Source: Candidatus Sericytochromatia bacterium (lineage in GTDB: Bacteria; Cyanobacteriota; Sericytochromatia; S15B-MN24; UBA4093). From it: a DNA stretch of 34,135 nucleotides. The stretch's first letter is position 1, and the number at the start of each line of letters is the position of its first letter. The stretch is taken from positions 1 through 34,135 of the forward strand of contig JAKFBU010000018.1 of the NCBI GenBank assembly GCA_036676985.1, written 5' to 3'. The position numbers and the translations under genes are program-made. Below the pieces are notes generated by a model that saw nothing but the letters and a program-made list of their open reading frames with translations, was not told the origin of the DNA and did no database searches. Below, piece after piece: positions 19,296-27,306 of this stretch.

Positions 19296-20063
19296 CTACA
19301 GCAGACGATGGGTGTTGGGGTCGCGAAACCAGATCGCGACCGCGCGACCGGCCCGTGGCAAGCCCCTTTCGGCCAGGTCGGGCCGCACCGCGTGCGAGGT
19401 CCCTTCGACGATCCCGTATTCCGGTGTCTCGGCGCGGTAACGCACGTGCACCCAGTAGCCGGATCCCGTCTTCTCGCCGCGACTGTTGACGATCGTGCCC
19501 GTGATGACTCGGCTGCCAATGGCCAGACGAGCGTCACGGCGCTTGAGCACTTCCCCGTAGCCCAGAGCGCCGAGGGCAAAGGCCAGCAAGAGCCCGAAGA
19601 ACCCCAGGCGCCACGTGCCGAGACCGCGGGCGCGGAAGTCCCGGTCGGCGGTCAGGGTGTCCGGTCTGCCGGGTAGCTGTCGAACGGCGAGGGTGGCGCC
19701 GACGGGCGTCTCGCGGTAGGTCTCGCCCCGCACGCCGATCGTGCGGACGGCTTCCGCATGGGAGGTCGGGTCGACGATGCGGAGGGTCAGCTCGTGGGCG
19801 GTTCCCCGCTTGGAGGTGACGAGGCGCGCGTCCGTCACGAGAGCCTGGCTGATCCTTCCCTGGGTCGCCAGCTCGGCATACCGGGAGAACTGCCAGGCTA
19901 CGATGAGGGCGACGCAGACGGCGAAGAACAGCAGCACGCGGCCGATCAGCGTGAAGGTCGAGGCTGCGTCATCGGCGACCGGGCGTGGCGCCTTGCCGGC
20001 GACGAAGTCGGCGTTGCGGGGATCGAGCAGAAAGGGTGGCGTGGCGACGTCTGGAATCGAAAT
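19296..20063 (-). CDS. Membrane protein with two DUF3592-like modules; start uncertain (ATT 20063 or GTG 19937)
   Basis: TM, beta-rich domain, TM, beta-rich domain. The open frame extends to an ATT 7 nt after AAGGAG. Confidence 0.6.
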   Translation of the reverse strand: MSIPDVATPPFLLDPRNADFVAGKAPRPVADDAASTFTLIGRVLLFFAVCVALIVAWQFSRYAELATQGRISQALVTDARLVTSKRGTAHELTLRIVDPTSHAEAVRTIGVRGETYRETPVGATLAVRQLPGRPDTLTADRDFRARGLGTWRLGFFGLLLAFALGALGYGEVLKRRDARLAIGSRVITGTIVNSRGEKTGSGYWVHVRYRAETPEYGIVEGTSHAVRPDLAERGLPRAGRAVAIWFRDPNTHRLL

Positions 20064-20220
20064 GGCAAAGCTCCTTTTTCAGCGGTTCTGCCCAGCGTGC
20101 CGGCACGCGTTACGCGTGCGCCTCGTCTCGGGCTCCCGGCCCAGGGGCACCCAAATCGTCTATTCCCCAACTCACGGAGGATATGGCTCCCGGCCGCAGG
20201 TCGGGATGCCTCGGGACTGC

Positions 20221-20262
20221 TTGACAGCTCCGCGCCGGCGGCCCATTATATAGACTGGTCTA
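20221..20262 (+). promoter_or_regulatory. Sigma70 promoter with an LmrA/QdoR-like TetR operator
   Basis: TTGACA (20221)-N17-CATTAT; ATTATATAGACTGGTCTA (20245-20262) contains TAGAC-N2-GTCTA. Confidence 0.8.
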
Positions 20263-20276
20263 GAGAAAGGACGCCG

Positions 20277-20840
20277 ATGACGACCCATCCCCGGGACAAG
20301 CTGATCGAGACGATGGCCCGCTTGATGCAGGCGCAAGGCTACCGCAACACGGGGCTCAACCAGCTGCTTGCCGAGAGCGGGGCTCCCAAGGGGTCGCTCT
20401 ATCACTATTTCCCGGGCGGTAAGGAAGCTCTGGCGGTCGCTGCCCTGGAGCACTCCGCTCGTCAGGTCGCGGAGCGGATGAGCCTGCTGGCGGCCACGGC
20501 GGCGACCCCCCGGCAGGCCCTCGAGGCGGTCTTCGAGGCCTTCATCGGCGACCTCGAGCAGTCCGGCTTCCAGAAGGGGTGTCCGGTCGCGACCGTGACC
20601 CTCGAGGAGGCCGCGCAAAGCCCGAGCATCCAGCAAGCCTGCGCTCGGGCCTTCGAGCTCTGGCATGGCGTGCTGGCCGCGTACTTGCAGCAGCAGGGGA
20701 TCGACCATCCGGACCAGCGGGCCGAAAGCCTGCTGATGGCCCTGGAGGGCGCCCTGATCCTGAGCCGCGCGCAGCGGGACTGCGCTCCGTTGCGGCGGCT
20801 CGTGCAGTCGGTGGCCTTGGCGCTGCCGCAGGAGGACTGA
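20277..20840 (+). CDS. TetR-family repressor, LmrA/YxaF type
   Basis: QGYRNTGLNQLLAESGAPKGSLYHYFPGGKE, GCPVATVTLE and LEGALILSR. Confidence 0.93.
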   Translation: MTTHPRDKLIETMARLMQAQGYRNTGLNQLLAESGAPKGSLYHYFPGGKEALAVAALEHSARQVAERMSLLAATAATPRQALEAVFEAFIGDLEQSGFQKGCPVATVTLEEAAQSPSIQQACARAFELWHGVLAAYLQQQGIDHPDQRAESLLMALEGALILSRAQRDCAPLRRLVQSVALALPQED

Positions 20841-20844
20841 GGAG

Positions 20845-21774
20845 ATGAGAACACGCTGGTTTGCCTGGATCGTTGCGATCGCAGCCCTGGTGCTGACGCC
20901 GGCCGCCCGGGCCGCCGAACCGTCGCCCGTCTCCGGTGAGGCCGTCCCCGTGCCCGCCAAAAAGGTGGACGTGCGCTTCACCCTGTTCAAGACCTCCGAG
21001 GTCCAGACCCAGGAGGGCCTGGTCTTCGAGGGCGGCGACCTCTTCAAGCGGATCAGCATCAATCACACGGCCGTGCTGGTGCAGCATCCTCGGGGCCGCT
21101 TCCTGTTCGACACCGCCCTGGGGCGGGACATCGATCGCCAGTATCGACAGGATATGCCCTGGTGGGCCAAGCCGCTGTTTGCCTACGGCCCGGTGACCCC
21201 GGTCCAGGATCAGCTGGAGGCCGCCCGACTGGGGACGGTGGACCGCATCATCCTCTCCCATGCCCACTGGGACCACGCCAGCGGCCTGGTGGACTTTCCT
21301 AAAGCGGAGGTCTGGATCACTCCGGCCGAGAAGGACTTCATCGCCCGGCAGCACCCCGGCGCGGTCCTGCCCAGCCAGGTGGGCTCGCCGGCCTTGAAGT
21401 GGAAGGTCTACGATCTGGACGATCGTCCCTTTGCCTCGTTCGCCCGCAGCCGGGACGTGTTCGGAGATGGGAGCGTGGTCCTGGTTCCCTTGCCTGGCCA
21501 CACCCCGGGCTCGGTGGGGCTGTTCCTCACCGTGGCCTCGGGCCGGCAATACTTCTTCTGCGGGGACGTGGTCTGGAAACTGGAAGCGGCCCGGCTCGTG
21601 AAGCCCAAGTTCTGGGTGCCCAGCCGCATCGTGGACAACGATCGCCCGGCGACCCTGCACGCCGTCGCACAGCTGCACCGCCTCATGGTGGCGAACCCGT
21701 CGCTGGTCGTGGTGCCGACCCATGACGCGGCCGTCCATGACGCCCTAGGCTACTACCCGCGCTGGATCGATTAG
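20845..21774 (+). CDS. Secreted metallo-beta-lactamase-fold hydrolase (lactonase-like)
   Basis: Signal peptide ending ARA; SHAHWDH, GHTPGS, CGD and THD metal ligands. Confidence 0.9.
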   Translation: MRTRWFAWIVAIAALVLTPAARAAEPSPVSGEAVPVPAKKVDVRFTLFKTSEVQTQEGLVFEGGDLFKRISINHTAVLVQHPRGRFLFDTALGRDIDRQYRQDMPWWAKPLFAYGPVTPVQDQLEAARLGTVDRIILSHAHWDHASGLVDFPKAEVWITPAEKDFIARQHPGAVLPSQVGSPALKWKVYDLDDRPFASFARSRDVFGDGSVVLVPLPGHTPGSVGLFLTVASGRQYFFCGDVVWKLEAARLVKPKFWVPSRIVDNDRPATLHAVAQLHRLMVANPSLVVVPTHDAAVHDALGYYPRWID

Positions 21775-21813
21775 TTGGCCCTAGCGATCGTCATCGGGGC
21801 CAGCGGGGCAGCT

Positions 21814-22527
21814 TCAGATCGGTGTCGCGCTGTGACGGTGCGTGTGCCACAGGTCCCACTCGGCCCCCATGCTCGCTGCCATGCGCACGGTCTCGCCGCT
21901 GAGCGGATGCCGCATCTCCAGCTGGCAAGCATGTAGCCACAGGCGCTGTAGGCCCAGCTGCCCTGCCAGGTCGCGGTTGAGCGCTCCCTTGCCGTGGGTG
22001 GTGTCGCCGATGATCGGGTGGGAGAGGTGCTTCATGTGCCGGCGCAGCTGATGCCGCCGACCGGTCAGGGGGGTCAGCTCCACCAGGGCACAGCGGGTGG
22101 TGGGAAAGCGGCCTTGCGGCAGCGGCAGCTCGTAGCGCTCGAGAGTCCGAAAGCGGGTCCGGGCCTCCTGCGCCTCCTCGCGCCGGTCGTGCCGGTCGTC
22201 GGAAATGCGGCGCAGGGGATGGTCGATCAGCCCCTCGTCGGCGGGCCAACCGCGAACCACGGCATGGTAGGTCTTGTGCAGGCCCGCGCCGGATTCGAAC
22301 GCCTGGCCCATGGCGCGGGCGGTCTGAGGATCCAGGGCGAACAGCAGCACGCCGCTGGTGCCCTTGTCGAGCCGATGGACCGGCCAGACCGGTCGGCCCA
22401 GCTGGTCGCGGAGCAGCTGCATGGCAAAGCGGGTCTCGCCCGCGTCCAGGCCGGTGCGGTGCACCAGCAGTCCAGGCGGCTTGTCCACCGCGACCAGATA
22501 GTCGTCGCTAAAGAGAATCGAGAGCAT
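21814..22527 (-). CDS. truC: tRNA pseudouridine synthase C (RluA family)
   Basis: DKPPGLLVHRT, VHRLDKGTSG and TGRRHQLRRHMKHLSHPIIGDTTHGKG. Confidence 0.85.
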   Translation of the reverse strand: MLSILFSDDYLVAVDKPPGLLVHRTGLDAGETRFAMQLLRDQLGRPVWPVHRLDKGTSGVLLFALDPQTARAMGQAFESGAGLHKTYHAVVRGWPADEGLIDHPLRRISDDRHDRREEAQEARTRFRTLERYELPLPQGRFPTTRCALVELTPLTGRRHQLRRHMKHLSHPIIGDTTHGKGALNRDLAGQLGLQRLWLHACQLEMRHPLSGETVRMAASMGAEWDLWHTHRHSATPI

Positions 22528-23035
22528 AAGGCCAGTATCTCATGGCGGACCCCCGCGAGGCTTGCCTCACCGCGCCGGTGCGACGCCGCGGGCGGAACTT
22601 CTCGACGGAGGGCCGCTTCGCCTGCGGAGAGGCCCTCAAGGTCGTTGGTTTGGCGGTGCCTCCCGGCGATCGCCGAAACAAATGGCGGTTTGACGGACGA
22701 TTACCCTATCAACGCGAAACCGAAATAAATTTCGCAGTATTGGCGCAAATTCTCGCGCTTCGGATCGCTCTTCCCATTAGAACTGTCTCATTATTGCCGG
22801 ATTGGGCCACCGATCCAGAAAGCTCGAAAAGTCCCGGCCCCGTTGATGCTGGTCGCTGAAAATCAGCGCAACGGCGCCCACCGAGAGCGCCTTGCGTGAA
22901 CTCGTACGGCCAAGTGTCAGTCAGAGCCCGCATTTCTGACATCAATTCCTGTGATGTGTTAACAGTTGTAACTAAGCTAGCTCATATTCCCCCCTAAACT
23001 GCCTCAAGTAACAGATAAGGTGGAGGAATAGGTCG

Positions 23036-23335
23036 ATGCTGCATCCCGTGTCTGGTTTCGAGGAAATTCGGCTCAGTAAGCTCACCAGCATTGCTGGGCA
23101 GGGCTATAAAGCCGATTCTCACTTGTTCCTGACGTTGCCTGCCGTCCTGATGCTCGTCTCGGTGGCCGCCTGCGCTTGGCGATCGGCGAACGGGATGCTG
23201 CTGACGATGGTGGCGCTCAGCGGTATCTGCGTCCTGGCTGCCATATTCGGTCTCAACCTCCTCGTCAGGACGTTTCAAGAGTTATTTCGCGCCGAGGCAG
23301 GGCCCGGCCCGGATGCCCCGGGCTCCGGGTCCTAG
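23036..23335 (+). CDS. Hypothetical 2-TM membrane protein at the head of the nor cluster
   Basis: GGAGG RBS and two hydrophobic helices. It ends 28 nt before norC. Codon usage is atypically AT-rich. Confidence 0.55.
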   Translation: MLHPVSGFEEIRLSKLTSIAGQGYKADSHLFLTLPAVLMLVSVAACAWRSANGMLLTMVALSGICVLAAIFGLNLLVRTFQELFRAEAGPGPDAPGSGS

Positions 23336-23363
23336 ACCGTCGACGCGAAGAAAGGAGAATTCC

Positions 23364-24218
23364 TTGGACAACGAGAAAGCCGCCGCGCTAGGCAAGTGGC
23401 TCTTCTTCGGCGGCACCGCGGTGAGCCTCGCGGTCATGTTCTTCTACCTGGCCCCCCTGTCGCTGGCGCACATGGACAAGTCCGGCCACATCGAGGGCAA
23501 GTCGGTCCCTGCCGAGGTGGTGAAGGGCAAGCAGGTCTTCCACAAGTTCGTCTGCATCGACTGCCACACCATCCTCGGTGACGGCACGCAGTACGCCCCC
23601 GATCTCGGCCGCGTGGCCATCTCGCGGGATGACGACTTCCTGAAGAAGTGGGTCCGCGATGCGCGCGGCATCAACCCCAACAGCGCCATGCCCTCCTTCC
23701 CGGCGATGACCGAGGAAGAGGCCTCGGATCTCGTCGCCTTCCTCAACTTCACCAGCAAGGTGAACCTGCCCGAGGACCTCTGGGCGGACATGAAGGCGAA
23801 GAAGGATCCTTACGACAAGCGCGCGTACCAGAAGGAGACCAACCCCTTCGCCCTCAGCTACTGGCCGCCCCGCCCGATGAGCGCGGACAAGGCCGCCGTC
23901 GCGACCACCGCCTCGACGCAGGATCCCCTGGTCGCGGAGGGTGAGCAGCTCTTCCACTCGAACTCGGTGGCCTCCTGCAATACCTGCCACGCGATCGGTG
24001 GCCAGGGTGGGCAGATCGGTCCCGATCTCACCGACATCGGCAGCGCGACCCGCAAATCGCGGTTCGGCAACCCGGTCGACGCCAAGTTCCTCGAGGTCAA
24101 GTTGGTCGATCCGGCTGCGGACAACCCCGCGAAGACGTCGGCGATGCCCTCGTTCAAGGCTCTCTCGGATCACCAGCGCAGCGCCCTGGTGGCCTACCTG
24201 CGAACCCTCGGGCAGTAG
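23364..24218 (+). CDS. norC: Nitric oxide reductase cytochrome c subunit, di-haem variant
   Basis: TTG after AAGGAG; N-terminal anchor 'FFGGT'; CIDCHTILGDG..YAPDL; MPSF; WPP; a second domain with CNTCH, GPDL and SAMPSF. Confidence 0.85.
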   Translation: MDNEKAAALGKWLFFGGTAVSLAVMFFYLAPLSLAHMDKSGHIEGKSVPAEVVKGKQVFHKFVCIDCHTILGDGTQYAPDLGRVAISRDDDFLKKWVRDARGINPNSAMPSFPAMTEEEASDLVAFLNFTSKVNLPEDLWADMKAKKDPYDKRAYQKETNPFALSYWPPRPMSADKAAVATTASTQDPLVAEGEQLFHSNSVASCNTCHAIGGQGGQIGPDLTDIGSATRKSRFGNPVDAKFLEVKLVDPAADNPAKTSAMPSFKALSDHQRSALVAYLRTLGQ

Positions 24219-24230
24219 AAAGGAACCGGT

Positions 24231-25649
24231 ATGTCCCTATCCATCAAATATGAAAGTCAGCGCCTGGCATACCCCTTCTTCCTGATGTCTGGCCTGGTGT
24301 TCGGTCTTCAGATCATCTTCGGCCTCCTGGCGGCGGCCCAGTTCATCTGGCCTCAGCTGGGCCTGGGCACGGTGCCCTTCAACATCTCCAAGGCCGTGCA
24401 CGTCAACTGCCTGGTCGTCTGGCTGCTCATGGGCTTCATGGGCGCCACCTACTACATGACTCCGCTCGAGTGCGAGCGGGAGATCTTCAGCCCCTTGCTC
24501 GCCAAGATCCAGTTCTGGGCCCTCTCGGTCGCCGCGGTGGTGGTCGTCCTGGGCTACGTCTTCGACGGCGTCACGGGCCATGCGTTCAACAACCTGTTCC
24601 TGGACACGGGGCTCTTCTCGGAAGGCCGCGAGTACCTGGAGGCTCCCCGCTGGGCCGACTGGGCCATCGTGGGCGTCATCCTGATGTACCTCTACAATGT
24701 GGGCATGACCTACTTCAAGGGCAAGAAGACCGACATGATGGTCATGATGCTCGTGGGTCAGTTGTGCCTGGCGGTCGCGTACCTCCCGGGCATGTTCTTC
24801 AACCCGGCCATCTCCAATGACCTCTTCTGGCGCTGGTGGGTCATCCACTACTGGGTCGAGGGCTCGTGGGAGCTCATCGCCTCGGCCATCCTGTGCTTCC
24901 TCCTGATGACCATCCTCAAGGCCCCCCGTCGCTCGATGGAGCGCTGGATGTGGCTCGAGGTCGCGCTCGTCATGATCTCCGGCCTGCTCGGCATCGGCCA
25001 CCACTTCTACTGGATCGGCACCCCTCAGATGTGGCTGTGGATCGGCTCGATCTTCTCGGCCATGGAGCCCATTCCCCTGCTCCTGATGGTCTGGGACGCG
25101 TTCCGGCACAGCCAGGAGCATGCGCGCAGCATCACCAACAAGCCCGCCATTTACTGGACGGTCGGTCACGCGCTGTTCAACTTCGTCGGCGCCGGCCTCT
25201 GGGGCGTCATCCACACGCTCGCCCCGGTCAACGCCTACACCCACGGCACCCAGATGACGGTCGCCCACGGCCACCTGGCTTTCTTCGGCGCCTACTCGAT
25301 GCTGATCATCGCTGCCTGGTACGTGGCGCTGCCGACGCTCCACGGCTACACCTCGGAGACGGCGTGGGATCAGAGTCGCGGCATGAAGGGCTTCTGGTGG
25401 ATGGTGATCTCCATGTGCACCATCACGCTCGTCCTGACGGGCGCCGCCCTGGTCCAGGTCTACCTGGAGCGGGTGGTCGGCATGGACTTCGTCGTCGTGA
25501 AGACCCAGTACAACATGGTCTTCTGGATCGGTCGCTTCATCGCCGGTGGCGCGTTCCTGTGGGGCTGCGTCTACGTCTGGCGCGACCTCATCCGGATCGC
25601 TCCGGCACAGGCACCCAAGGCCTCGGCGCACCTCGCGCCGACCGCCTAA
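24231..25649 (+). CDS. norB: Nitric oxide reductase catalytic subunit (cNOR)
   Basis: VHVN, GREYLE, WWVIHYWVEGSWE, GHHFYWIG, SAMEP and HGHLAFFGAY give six His ligands and five NOR glutamates. There is no His-Tyr crosslink tyrosine. Length is 472 aa. Confidence 0.95.
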   Translation: MSLSIKYESQRLAYPFFLMSGLVFGLQIIFGLLAAAQFIWPQLGLGTVPFNISKAVHVNCLVVWLLMGFMGATYYMTPLECEREIFSPLLAKIQFWALSVAAVVVVLGYVFDGVTGHAFNNLFLDTGLFSEGREYLEAPRWADWAIVGVILMYLYNVGMTYFKGKKTDMMVMMLVGQLCLAVAYLPGMFFNPAISNDLFWRWWVIHYWVEGSWELIASAILCFLLMTILKAPRRSMERWMWLEVALVMISGLLGIGHHFYWIGTPQMWLWIGSIFSAMEPIPLLLMVWDAFRHSQEHARSITNKPAIYWTVGHALFNFVGAGLWGVIHTLAPVNAYTHGTQMTVAHGHLAFFGAYSMLIIAAWYVALPTLHGYTSETAWDQSRGMKGFWWMVISMCTITLVLTGAALVQVYLERVVGMDFVVVKTQYNMVFWIGRFIAGGAFLWGCVYVWRDLIRIAPAQAPKASAHLAPTA

Positions 25650-25660
25650 CGGACACGCTG

Positions 25661-25691
25661 ACGTCGCGCCCCGGCTGCCGGGGCGCGACGT
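25661..25691. promoter_or_regulatory. Intra-operon GC hairpin after norB
   Basis: ACGTCGCGCCCCGGC-T-GCCGGGGCGCGACGT with perfect 15-bp arms and no U-tract. Confidence 0.7.
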
Positions 25692-25712
25692 TCGCCAAAC
25701 GGAGGTTACTCG

Positions 25713-25820
25713 ATGGACACGTTCATGCTGGGGTTCACCGGCGTCTTCCTGATCGTCACGATGTTTGGCGGCCTTTTCGCGCTTTACAAGATCAACCAGC
25801 GCCTGTCTGCGGAGGGCTAA
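25713..25820 (+). CDS. 35-aa single-TM microprotein (absent from the ORF track)
   Basis: GGAGG 7 nt before the ATG; MDTFMLGFTGVFLIVTMFGGLFALYKINQRLSAEG; tightly packed in the operon. Confidence 0.75.
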   Translation: MDTFMLGFTGVFLIVTMFGGLFALYKINQRLSAEG

Positions 25821-25823
25821 GTC

Positions 25824-26003
25824 ATGTCGCATCACTACATCACGTTCTTCTTCCTGTTCGTCTGGATGATCGCCCCTCTCATCTGCTTCTGGCGGGCGCC
25901 GCACAAGAACCGTGACCCCTACGTCTGGATCTTCTTGGCGACCCTCCTGGGTCCCCTCGTCGCGCTGGTCTTCCTGAGCCTTCCGGCCAAGCGGACCGCC
26001 TAG
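25824..26003 (+). CDS. 59-aa 2-TM microprotein (absent from the ORF track)
   Basis: GGAGG RBS lies inside the previous gene's end; MSHHYITFFFLFVWMIAPLICFWRAPHKNRDPYVWIFLATLLGPLVALVFLSLPAKRTA; high GC3. Confidence 0.8.
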   Translation: MSHHYITFFFLFVWMIAPLICFWRAPHKNRDPYVWIFLATLLGPLVALVFLSLPAKRTA

Positions 26004-26013
26004 AAAGAGACTT

Positions 26014-26961
26014 ATGTCCAACCTGGCGAATACCTTCGGGCGTCGCTACTTCCGCAACCGCAAGGTTGTCCAGATCCTGACGACGCTCTTCTGGCTTTCG
26101 CTCCCGCTTTCGGGGCTGCTGCAGGTCGATATCCGCCATCTGGCTCTCGTCGTCGCGGGGCGGCCCTGGCCGCCGCGCGTCATCCTGCCGGCTGACGCCC
26201 TCAAGCGAGGGGCAACCGCCCACTGGGACGTGGTGGCGCCCGTGCTCCTGCAGGGCGTGCTGCCGGTTTTGATCCTGGCGATCGCCGTCATCACGACGGC
26301 GCGCTTCTTCGGACGCGTGCACTGCGGCTACAGCTGCACCTACGGCTTGCTGGCCGAGACGGGCGAGGCCATGTTCCGCTGGGCCAAGCAGCCCGCTCCC
26401 GGTCGAGCCTTGCGCCTCGCCCTGGTCTGGCTGGGGGTGGTCCTCGCGGCGCCCTTCGTCGCGTTCACGATCATGTCGCTGTTCGTCAGGCCCGAGGGCG
26501 TGATCGGGGGCTTCCAGAACCACAACCTGGGGATCATCGTCCCCTTCTCGTACCTCACGGCCCTGGCGGTGGCCGTGGGCGGCTTCGTCCGGCTGTACTT
26601 CTGCCGCTACATCTGCGGCGTGGGCCTCATTCAGACGCTGTCCTGGATGACCAACAAGAAGGCGCTCGAGGTGGGCTTCAACCCCACGGCCGCCGCCGAC
26701 GGCTCCCACGGGTCGATGCGGGATTGCACCGGCTGCCATGCCTGCAAGAAGGCATGCCCCATCGGCTTCGACCCGCGCCAGCCCAAGCGGTACATGATGG
26801 CCTGCTTCCAGTGCGGAGAGTGCCTGAAGGCCTGCGAGGACGAACTCCTGCCGCTCGGACGGGGGATCGCGATCGGGTTCCACTTCCAGGATCCCCTCTA
26901 TCCCTTGCCCGCCCAGGAGGTGAAGCACCAGCCACGGCCCGGGAATGAAGCCGAGCATTGA
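26014..26961 (+). CDS. Membrane 4Fe-4S polyferredoxin, CcoG/FixG/NapH-like
   Basis: GRVHCGYSC, FCRYICG, CTGCHACKKACP and CFQCGECLKAC; about 4 TMs. Confidence 0.88.
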   Translation: MSNLANTFGRRYFRNRKVVQILTTLFWLSLPLSGLLQVDIRHLALVVAGRPWPPRVILPADALKRGATAHWDVVAPVLLQGVLPVLILAIAVITTARFFGRVHCGYSCTYGLLAETGEAMFRWAKQPAPGRALRLALVWLGVVLAAPFVAFTIMSLFVRPEGVIGGFQNHNLGIIVPFSYLTALAVAVGGFVRLYFCRYICGVGLIQTLSWMTNKKALEVGFNPTAAADGSHGSMRDCTGCHACKKACPIGFDPRQPKRYMMACFQCGECLKACEDELLPLGRGIAIGFHFQDPLYPLPAQEVKHQPRPGNEAEH

Positions 26962-27041
26962 GCTACCTCATAGCCCTGGGGATCAGGTTTCGTTTATGGT
27001 CGACTCCCGCGCCCGTCAATCGTTCGAAAGGTGGAACTGCC

Positions 27042-27233
27042 ATGCCGAAGCCCGCGTCCCAGGATGAGACCCGCCTGCCTGCTCAGCAGGCCGATACGGA
27101 GGTCGAGAAGCTTTACGAGAGCTGCTGCGGTTCGTGCGGTTCGCCCAGCCCGACGAGCTCGGGCGTTGCGCTGGAGGTGCTGACCCCGGTTCCCATGGCG
27201 ACCGATCGGGGGAACGGTCACAGCAAGCCCTAG
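27042..27233 (+). CDS. 63-aa peptide with a CCGSC motif
   Basis: AAGGTGG RBS; MPKPASQDETRLPAQQADTEVEKLYESCCGSCGSPSPTSSG... Confidence 0.5.
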   Translation: MPKPASQDETRLPAQQADTEVEKLYESCCGSCGSPSPTSSGVALEVLTPVPMATDRGNGHSKP

Positions 27234-27306
27234 CAGGCAAAATCCAGGACAAGACGCGCGGCGGGTCCCCGAGGTTCGGAGGCCCGCTGCGCGTCTCGGC
27301 ACGGCG

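Noticed and set aside
22741-22757. Sigma54 promoter TTGGCGCAAATTCTCGC
   Set aside because: GG-to-GC spacing is 11 nt rather than the required 10.
22949-22965. CRP- or Rex-like box CTGTGATGTGTTAACAG
   Set aside because: The half-site spacing is one base short for both TGTGA-N6-TCACA and the Rex box.
24231-25649. cbb3 oxidase CcoN or qNOR
   Set aside because: It has the NOR glutamate (HYWVEG..E) instead of the crosslink Tyr, lacks the qNOR N-terminal extension and has a separate NorC.
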